Assembly: GCF_000400465.1 (NCBI RefSeq)
Contig: NW_008806277.1
Span: forward strand, 360,001-392,000
Source of the DNA: Wallemia ichthyophaga EXF-994
Taxonomy: Eukaryota > Fungi > Basidiomycota
Reading direction: 5' to 3'
Length of the DNA: 32,000 nt
Positions 1 to 8,706 of this stretch are shown here, one piece after another. Made by a program: the position numbers and the translations under genes. Position 1 is the first letter of the stretch. Each line of letters begins with the position of its first letter. Under the pieces are notes generated by a model that made no database searches, was not told the origin of the DNA, and saw only the letters and a program-made list of their open reading frames with translations.

Positions 1-607
1 CCATAACGTCGTCAACAGCGTCAGACATAATTTCCTCTTTCATGTCCATTGAGGATGATTCACGTTCGAAATCGTTCATGATACGGGTAATTTGAGGGAG
101 GTTGAGACTTCTATTCATCATAGCCATGCTCTGGTGGTGTGATAAGAAAGATGACGACATGAAAGCTATCAACACACCTTTGTTGCACCTTTCATAGCCT
201 CAGACATTTGCTGATTCGATCTGAGTGTTTGGATACGCAGACTAACAGCTTGTAACTGAGTGCGCATCTGATAAAACTTCTGGATGTATTTCCTAGTCCG
301 AACGAGATCCTTGGCCATGAGTTTGGTTGGTGCCTGGAGGATGTGTTGAGTGAGTGTCTACAGGGGATAAACAAGTACCTACCATTTGACCATTCTTGGC
401 GCTCTTCTTAATATCGCTGATCAATTTGCTCTCCTGTCCCTCCAGCTTGCCACGCTCTCTGTCCAACTCGCGCTGAGCTTTCTCCAGTGCACGCTGATGC
501 CGTCTCAGCCGTTCTTGGGGAGTGAGTGATTTACCAAATAAACTTTCCTATAGGTTTTATGAGTTTTTCCATTTTTACTTTTTATTTCAACCTACGATTA
601 TATTCAT
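1..607 (-). CDS. DID4: ESCRT-III subunit Vps2/Did4 (CHMP2A), 3' end truncated by window edge
   Basis: Hand-spliced exons 607-596, 547-383, 333-178 and 130-<1, all with GT-AG introns, give MNIIESLFGKSLTPQERLRRHQRALEKAQRELDRERGKLE...AKDLVRTRKYIQKFYQMRTQLQAVSLRIQTLRSNQQMSEAMKGATKSMAMMNRSLNLPQITRIMNDFERE. This is the recognisable Vps2/CHMP2A Snf7-family N-terminus. It is not in the ORF track. Confidence 0.95.
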
Positions 608-634
608 TGTGGTTGTTGATTGATAACGAGTGTC

Positions 635-1270
635 ATGACTGCTATTTGCATTTATTCCGGCAGCTCAGACGGTTCTACTCCGATATACAAAGACGTTGCC
701 CGGCAAATTGGTTCTACGCTTGCCGCACACAACATTCCACTCGTTTACGGCGGCGGTGACGGTGGTCTGATGGGTCAAGTAGCCCGTAGTGCGCTGAGCA
801 GCGGTGGACACGTCACGGGCATCATACCGCGCGCGATGGTGGCTGTGGGCGAGAAGGGTGAGCGCGGCAGCACCAGCCATACCACTCTCCCCTCCCACCC
901 AAACCTCGACTCTATCGTCGTCGATAGCATGCACGAGCGCAAACTGGCCATGGCTCACCGTTCCTCCTCTTTCATCGCCCTTCCTGGTGGTTTCGGCACT
1001 TTCGAAGAACTCCTCGAGGTGACCACGTGGTCTCAATTGAATATCCACGCCAAGGCGGTCATCGCCGTCAATGTAGATGGCTTCTTCAACCCCCTCAAGC
1101 ACCTCATCGCTTCCGCTGTTGACGCCGGTTTCATAAGCAGCAAGAACGCTCATCTCATCCACTTTCTGGATCATCCCCTCGATGGTGACTGGGGCTTGGC
1201 TGCTATAGACGCTTGCAAAAACTACTCACCCACTGGCGAAGAGTATGCCTTTGATTGGTCGCGGGTGTGA
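635..1270 (+). CDS. LOG1: LOG-family cytokinin riboside 5'-monophosphate phosphoribohydrolase (often annotated lysine decarboxylase-like)
   Basis: Intronless ORF from ATG 635 with ICIYSGSS, LVYGGG..GLMG, SMHERK and the PGGFGTFEE signature (PGGxGTxxE). Confidence 0.95.
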   Translation: MTAICIYSGSSDGSTPIYKDVARQIGSTLAAHNIPLVYGGGDGGLMGQVARSALSSGGHVTGIIPRAMVAVGEKGERGSTSHTTLPSHPNLDSIVVDSMHERKLAMAHRSSSFIALPGGFGTFEELLEVTTWSQLNIHAKAVIAVNVDGFFNPLKHLIASAVDAGFISSKNAHLIHFLDHPLDGDWGLAAIDACKNYSPTGEEYAFDWSRV

Positions 1271-1365
1271 GGTTGAGACATTTTTTTTTTTCTAAGACAT
1301 AACATGTATTCTAAGATAAATAGATATTCATTTGGTCACTTGGGTGAACACCAGAAAATACTACA

Positions 1366-4300
1366 CTACGTCGTCGTTGTCTTGAACACCCGGCTCACCT
1401 TGTTCGTCGTCACAGCAGCACCGACGCCGACAGCGAGGAGGAGAGCGCCATCCGAGGCGAGTAGGGCGACGGCCGCGAGCATAAAGCGAGGAGCGAAGAC
1501 CTGCGACAAGTTACAGTTAGGTAAAGTTATTCCGCAAAATCGAGCAGCCATCGCCACCACATCTACCCACCTTCCACACCATAAGATGTCTACGGAAGTA
1601 TCCCGCTGCCCCCATGGCCGCGAGAGCTATAGCTGAGTGATAAGCCAGGAAAGCGCAAGCGGTGCGCAAGAGATGTGTATCCAACGGCGCGCTCCCATTC
1701 ACTCTCGGCGCCCTCTTCCAGTAGATGAGCAGAGGGAGGAAGGTAGCCGGCAAGACGAATCCAGCGAGGGTGTTCGCACCAACGAGGAGAGGCGCATAAG
1801 GATAAGACAGTGTAGGGAAACCCACAAACGCCGCCTTCCACTGCAGTGTGCTCAGTACAGCCTGGTGGCCGGTAGCGTAGAAAACGAGATGACCAAGTTG
1901 AGCCAGCCAAGCCGCACGCCAGAATGGCGGTGAAGGGGTGGGTGGTGTGCTCATTGCACCGTTTGCTCCCTTTTTGTAGCGCTGTGGACGTCGGATTAGC
2001 TTCGCTAGGGCCCCAGCATCATTTTGCGCATCACTTAGCTCCAGGAAGGCGAGCAGTGCAAGCAACGCTACACATAGCGATATCTGCCCAGTTGGGAGAG
2101 TTGGTATGTACAGCAACGCGAACATTACCAGCGCGTATTGCAGGTAGTACGCCCCGTAGCTGTTGCTGAATCCTAACACACTCACTTGGCGCGTGGTGGG
2201 GCGAGGTTGTGATGATGGTTGTGAGTGTGAGTGCGACTCTGTCTCTGTCTTTGTCTCCGTCTGCCCCTCCTCGCGTACCTCCACGCATAAAGCGGAGAAG
2301 AACCAGAAAGATACACCGGCTATAGCGACGAAACACATATTAGAGCGAGCGAGGGTAGTTTTGAGTGTGGTGAGAGTAGAGTAAGGGATGTACTTGGACA
2401 GTTGGGGCAAAACAGCAAACTCCACGGCGTCCACTAGCCAATAAAGCGAGGCGGCAGCGAGAGAGGCAGCGAACGCCGCGACAAACAGCTGAGCGCTGCG
2501 GGTAAAGGAGGCTGTTGCAGATAGTGCGGCGCGCACGATGCCATACATGGTGAGTGCAGCGGGGAGGAGGGCAGCGTACACCCAGCGTGGAGCGAGTGAG
2601 CTAGAAGCAGTTGCGTAGAACGTCACCGCACACCATCCGCCTAACTCCTCGCGACACACAGTCGAGCTGGCGAGAGCGCGCAGTGCAACCGCACTCACTA
2701 ACGCACTCCCCCCAAGCACCTTCTGCAGACGCGCTTGCGGAGCATTCACACACCCCACCAGCGAGAGCAGAATGGGCGTCTGGAGCAGCACTAGCACCAC
2801 TCGGTCCTCCCATAGGATGTATGAGTTGGAGAGGAACGCGGCGAGGTGGGCGAGGAGAGTGGCGGAGGTGTAGAGGGCGTGGAGGATTGTGCGCAGCGTG
2901 GGACGCTCGAGTGAGAAACTAAGGGGGGAAGAGAGTGGGAGAGGGATGGCCCAGCATACGCACCCCTCCACTGCCAGACACAGCGCTAGAACGACACTCT
3001 CCCATCGGCCGCGCAACAGCGCCAACGAGAAGACAAATGCAGCTGCAGTGTACGCCGGTAATACGCGCGCAGCTTCCCGCGCCGCACTGCTCATCCATAC
3101 GCAGCTGTCCGCTCTGCCCGTCCTGCTGTACACTCCCAGCAGCAGCACGAGCGAGAGACCTACGACTAATACACCTGCCGCCATAAGCGTCTTGTCGAAC
3201 TGAGCCCAGATTCCGCGGCAGCTGGAGAGCGTGGAGGCGAACAAGTCAGCGTAGAGCGCGTGCGAGTGGGTGTGAGTGTTGGCCTTGTCGTGCCTGCTGC
3301 TTCTCCAGAAACGTGAGCGCTCCTGCTGCGCCAAGTCTACTTGCGCGTCCCCTGCACCCCGCTTAGCCGCGTCCAGCTTCTCCCTGAGGGTAGACAGGAA
3401 AGGTTCTATTTCGTGGCCGCTGCTGCTCTGCGCATATGCGCACAGATAGCTCCAGATCTGGTCAGCGGTGGTGTCGAGCGCGCTGAGGAGCCATGTTGGA
3501 AACAGCTCCGGGATCACCCCGCCCAGGCTGTTGAAGGGGATCGGCAGACCGAGACGGAGAGCGAGCGAGGGGAGGATATCGATCTGTTGAGTGGTGCGTA
3601 CGGAGCCGTGGTGGGGGAGAGCGGCAGCGTTAGCGCGTGCGTTTGCGCTCGTCAGCGGGGTGCGCCCACTGTACATCCAGAGAGCAGCGCTGGTCTCCAG
3701 CAGCGAGTCGCCGCCGTGGTCGCCGCGGCTGTCCATGCCGTGATCGCCCATTACGACGAGAAGAGTGTCGTCGTCGAGAGTATCGACAACACGGCGCAAC
3801 ACCGCGTCCATTTCCTCCAATTTCATCCGCATCACGGCATGCGCCGGCCCAACGCGATGGCCGACATGATCGACACCGAGGAAATGGCCGAATATCGCGT
3901 CGTACCCGTGCGCCATGAGGCGGGGGAGATGCTCTTTAACGCCAGCATCAACTGAGTGGAGATCCTCGACGTTGAAGCTGTCGTACGGGAGCTGCTCGTC
4001 GAATGACCCCGGGAAGACGGTCATCCAGGTGTCGTCGCCGACGAAGGCTGTCGACTTGTGCGCGCGCTTCAACTGCCCCAGCAGAGAATCCTCGGATATC
4101 GATTCCCCGCTAAACGCATTGCCTACGTCGATAAAGGTCGGCAGGCTGCCAGTCATGACGCCTTTGATGCGCTGGAGAGTGGTCGTAGGTGGATCGGCGT
4201 ACGTGTGGAGGATAATCGAGTGGTCCGGGTGCTGCTGGGATAGTTGTGCAGGGAGTTTGAGGATGTTGTGGTAGTATTCGCTGTATTCGGGCGAATCCAG

Positions 4301-4504
4301 CGGCTGTGGGACGACGAAATCAGCCCGCAACGCGTCTATAATCAGAATAATGGCCTTGGAGTGTGTCGCTGGCGGTGCGGCTGCGTTTGGCACCCCCACT
4401 TGCTCAAGCGTCACCCGGTTCAACAGGAAGCCGCGACTAAAGAGCCAGAGCCCGGCCACATGCAGCACAGTCACCAAAGCAAGTATCCCTGTGACAGCTC
4501 TCAT
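1366..4504 (-). CDS. GPI13: GPI ethanolamine phosphate transferase 3 (Gpi13/PIG-O), about 1022 aa
   Basis: Exons 4504-1571 and 1500-1366; the 70-nt intron GTGGGT...CTAAC...GCAG joins RRHLMVWK to VFAPRFM. Contains IIDALRADF, PPTTTLQRIKG, GSLPTFID, HFLGVDHVGH and GDHGM motifs followed by a multi-TM C-terminal half. Confidence 0.95.
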
Positions 4505-4595
4505 CCGATACTCAACTGTCTTTCTATTGTGAAGCCTACGTGAGTGTACTGCACAAGTGATAAGACACGTTACAAAAACACAAATGAATCAAAAT

Positions 4596-5495
4596 TTATC
4601 GCCTCTTATGGTTTATGGACATTTGCTGCCTTGGCTTGCGGTAGTAGCTTCTCTCCCTCATTGGAATCCAGCGCTCTGGGTCGATTGGAGTGTTTTTGTT
4701 GGCGTGTTTGCTGTGCATTGCGTGAATTCTCTTCTTCTTCTGCTTGTTCAGCTTGGTGCTTTTGCCATGGCTCACAGTAACGCTGGATATATCCACAGCT
4801 GGTGCTTTGTAGTTTTCCGGGAAAGGACCGGGGTTCTTCTCGAGGACATCGAGTGGAGGGATATCGAGAGTTTCCATAGCATCAATGTAGCCATGCTTAT
4901 GGAAGTCCAAGCATTCTTTGGATGCCTTGAGATTGGTTGAGATGTCTGCGTATTCCTCGCTGTCCTGTGAACTGTGTGAGCCTGACAGCCCTACCAACCA
5001 AACCAACTCACACCACTCAAATCAGACAACAGAGACTGGTACAGATCCACTGCGCCTTGATAATCACCTTGCCTGTAGAGCTGAATTGGTTTGTGAGTGA
5101 GGGTAATGAGACGCACACACACAAACCAGCTGGGCCTTGAGGATGAGCCACTTTCTAGAGGTGTTAGAAGGGTTCTCGACAACGTTCTCGGCCGCCTTCT
5201 CATTCTTACGCCTGTACTCTGAATACGCCCATTCGAAGCTGAATTTCGACTGCTGAAGAGAGTCCAAAGCTAAATCAAAGCAATCCAATTGCAGTAGTAG
5301 GAATATCCTCGTCTTAATAAGCTCATCACTGCGATTATCCAATCTCAACAGCTTATTCGTCGTTTTCAGTGCGTTTTGATAGTGTGAGTTGAGGATTTGC
5401 TGGTAAAGTGATTTGAACAGCGCTGGAATCCTCACACTGGAATCATTTTCAGGCTTTGGTGCTGATTTTTTGTATTTAACTGTCTTCTCGATCAT
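4596..5495 (-). CDS. SRP72: Signal recognition particle subunit SRP72, short form, about 268 aa
   Basis: Exons 5495-5127, 5080-5012 and 4964-4596. N-terminal TPR-like helices (AQLLYRQGDYQGAVDLYQSLL) and the C-terminal SRP-RNA-binding motif IDPERWIPMRERSYYR after a basic KKKR stretch. Confidence 0.88.
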
Positions 5496-5511
5496 CGACG
5501 TTGATTTAGAG

Positions 5512-6343
5512 ATGAATACAATACCCGAGTGGAATTTGAGCAATTTATTCGACAAGACGGAGAAATGTCTTATTATTCTAAACTGCCCGATACAGCATTG
5601 GAAATTGTTTAAAAGCATTTGGGATGCAGGTGGGTTACATCATTATATCTGGAACGCAAACACACACACACACAGCCACCCTCAGAATCTGCGTCGATGG
5701 CGGTGCAAATAGGCTACTAGACGCTGCTTCTAAGCACGCTGATCCAGTCTCCTTCACTCCCCACCTCTTAGTCGGCGATTTCGACAGTTTAACAGCCCAA
5801 ACCAGGCAGTTCTACACACATCTCAACGTCGACATGCATTTTAATCCAGATCAACACTCAACGGACTACATGAAAGCTTTCAACTACGTTCCCCGCCATC
5901 ACATCGTCAGTGGCTCCATTTGAGCCAATTTTCACCCCCTTTAACACACCATCCAGGCTATAACATTCGGTGGCTTGAGTGGGAGGCTTGACCAGACTGT
6001 CCATACCCTCAGTTATACACGCTCTCAACAGAACAAACGCGATAGAGCCGTCTACGTTATCTCAGAGAACAACATCGCTTGGTCTTTATCACCAGGCACA
6101 CACCATATACGCGCTGAGCTCGACAAATTCGGCGAATGCTGTGGAATCCTCCCCATTGCCACAAAGTGGGCAAGAGTGACCACCCAAGGCCTGGAATGGG
6201 ATTTGGGCGGACCTGGATTAGAAGTCACCGGCTTTGATGGGATTGTGAGCTCATCAAACCATCTCAAGAGTGAGCTGGTACAGCTTACCACCGACGAGCA
6301 CATATACTTCAACGTTGAAATACGTGACTCACTTTTGTCTTAA
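5512..6343 (+). CDS. THI80: Thiamine pyrophosphokinase, about 244 aa
   Basis: Exons 5512-5629, 5676-5905 and 5957-6343. Motifs LIILN.P, DGGAN, GDFDS, DQHSTD, GGLSGRLDQ, GLEWDL and SSSN. Confidence 0.95.
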
Positions 6344-6433
6344 GCTGGCCACAAAGCATCGGTCATTCATACTCAATACACCCTTTCCCATTGTATTCAA
6401 AGCAAGTATTCCTTCATTCACTTGATCATCACC

Positions 6434-8091
6434 ATGTCTACTCATTTTCACTGCAAAATTCCGTAAGCTGGGCTTGTACATAACTTGTGTGTTATGTACT
6501 CCCCATACAAGCTATCTCACCTTGTTGCAGTCACTCAAAACTCGCTAAAGTCACCCTATTCGACGGCAAAGCACAGGTTCACAGGGAATTTAAACCGCAC
6601 ACGCGCATTTACGCAGACACTCTCTACACTCTCAAGCTCTCCAGCCTCCCTGAAACTCTCGACGCTGAGTCTCTGCATGTCAGCGTAGGTGGCCACGAAA
6701 TCCAGGTACTTCAACAGGACCAATCGGAAGACAGAGAAGAAAGCGAGACAACGTTAAATATAAGAGACATCGCAAGAGAAATAGAAGCCAAAGAGCTAGG
6801 CAAGAGCGTTGTGCACCATCAGATGGAAACGTTGCGCAGTTTTGGGCAGAAACCGGCGTCGACGGATGATTTGGACAAGTATCTATCGATGGTGTACACG
6901 AAAATGAGTCGTTATCATGCACATATCAAACAACTCGAAGATGACATCGCTAGCTCCATCGACCACAAGCGTGCATTGGAGCAGTCGGCTGGTATATACG
7001 GGAATGGATATGGAGATGGAGTGAGGAAGAGCAAAGTATGCACCCTCTCCTTCAAGCCACTTGCGAATATAGACAAGGTTACATTCACTATCTCGTACTG
7101 CGTCTTCAACGCGAGCTGGCGGAATTTCTACCGCGTCAAAGCAGATAATGCGGCGATTCAAGTTGATTATATTGCGAAAGTATACAATGATACGGGGGAG
7201 AATTGGGAGGATACGACGCTCGTGCTGTCGACATCTACGCCCAATCTCAGCGCCGAGATACCAGAATTGAGACCAATCAACGCGCAAATCAGATCGCCTT
7301 ACGTGATTGGGAAGGAGAGTCTAGCTGCAGAGAATATGGTATACCGTGCTATGCCAGCAATGGTAGCTACGTCTAGTGTACAGAACAACACTATCAGCAC
7401 TGCATTTACAATCAACGGTCTCACAACAATCCTGTCTAACAGTCACGTCCATAAAACTGTCAAAATCGATACAATTTCCCTGCAGGCTGATTTGAATTGG
7501 GTGTTCGTGCCTTCCCTCTCGGATAGAGCTTATCTGGAAGCAGAAGTCACCAATACCACCGACATGCCTCTTTTGGGTGGTGAAGCGCTTATTTTTATGG
7601 ATGGAGAGTTGGTCTCTCGCAGTTACATCCCCGAAGCGCCATCCGCAACTAAATTCCAACTGAGCCTGGGTGTCGATAGGAATATGAAAACGCACAAGAA
7701 ACACAACGTCGATCGCTACAACGGTATTATCAATAAGGGATTACTTGATAGATTCAACACTGACACGAAAATGCAATCTAGATCTATCAGCACAGTGTAC
7801 GAAGTGCACAACATGAGACAACAAATCGATTGTCCACCTGCTCAAGTTGTTATTAGAGATCAGGTGCCTGTCAGTGTCGATGAGCGTGTGCGCGTCCTTT
7901 TAAACACACCAAAGGAGCTGGCGAGAGATAAGGATGACGATAACGATTGCAATATGTCTGAAAATGTTGAGTGGATTGATAAACAGGATGGCTTCTTCAC
8001 CTGGCGCTTCCCTCTTGAAAACACTTACGTACACGACGTGTGTCTGGATTATGAAATACAATGGCCTGCTAATGAAGAATTGGAGGTTTAA
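6434..8091 (+). CDS. DUF4140 (N-terminal) / DUF4139 (C-terminal) protein (MuiA/TIGR02231-like), about 529 aa, function unknown
   Basis: Exons 6434-6462 and 6531-8091 (GTAAGC...TTGCAG intron). N-terminal VTLFDGKAQVHR...LPETLDAESLHV, a coiled coil, then ISYCVFNASW..FY, NDTGENWEDTTLVLST and FQLSLGVD, which fit the family pattern as I recall it. Confidence 0.8.
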
Positions 8092-8152
8092 TGAGAAAAG
8101 GAAATGAGACATGTAAATTTTCATTTTATAACAAAAAGTATAAAGGGAGTGA

Positions 8153-8634
8153 TTAGTGGTGAAGTTCGTCAAGGGGAGCGCCTTGGTAGTCTAGTTTGTA
8201 GACAACGCCAGATTCAGGACAGCGGCCGATACCGTCGTTCTTAGTGATGTCAAGGGTGAGCCAGACGGTGTCATTCGAGTCAGCGGGGACTGTAGGTGGC
8301 GTGAGTAGGGTGAAATATTTCACAAGCCAAACTAACATCCAGTAGAGCCAACAATGCGAATTGGAGTGAGAGAAGGAACCATGATTGGGTCTTTCATAGT
8401 ACCCATTCTATCAACCACTAAAGGAGACATATCGAACATTTCATTGCCTTGAGCTTTGGTCAATAATTCAATTCTCTCAATTCCAGTTGCTTGGGCTTCA
8501 TCCGTAGGCACAGTACCAGATTCAGCGCCTGGACCGTAAACAGAAGGTGGCTGAGCAGAGTAAAAGCGTGAAGCCAATTGAGTACGTGGAGCGCGTTGAA
8601 TAGCTGGGAATGACTTTGAGAATATTCTGAGCAT
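8153..8634 (-). CDS. COX4: Cytochrome c oxidase subunit Cox4 (COX5B family), about 144 aa, with a degenerate zinc site
   Basis: Exons 8634-8337 and 8289-8153. Mitochondrial presequence MLRIFSKSFPAIQRAPRTQLASRFYS, then GTVPTD..QATGIERIELL, GTMKDPIMVPS and RIVGSTGFPADSNDTVW...RCPESGVVYKL. Confidence 0.93.
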
Positions 8635-8706
8635 TTTATTTAGATTTTGGTTGTCGGCGTTGAACCTTGGAAAGAGGGAAATATTTTATTATTCAAGACG
8701 GCCATC

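Noticed and set aside
665-1174. 169-aa antisense ORF over LOG
   Set aside because: It is a shadow of a GC-rich coding strand with no recognisable motifs, and the plus strand explains the sequence.
1517-1570. ORF-track C-terminus of GPI13 (VGRCGGDG...NFT)
   Set aside because: This is intron sequence. The conserved VWKVFAPRF continues in the exon at 1500-1366.
620-4504. Horizontal transfer or mobile island suggested by the GC shift
   Set aside because: GPI13 is a core eukaryotic gene with a normal spliceosomal intron, and there are no terminal repeats, target-site duplications or transposase/integrase.
1304-4780. Numerous plus-strand ORFs of 60-204 aa over GPI13
   Set aside because: These are expected by-products of high GC (few stop codons). 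They are low-complexity Arg/Ala/Ser-rich translations.
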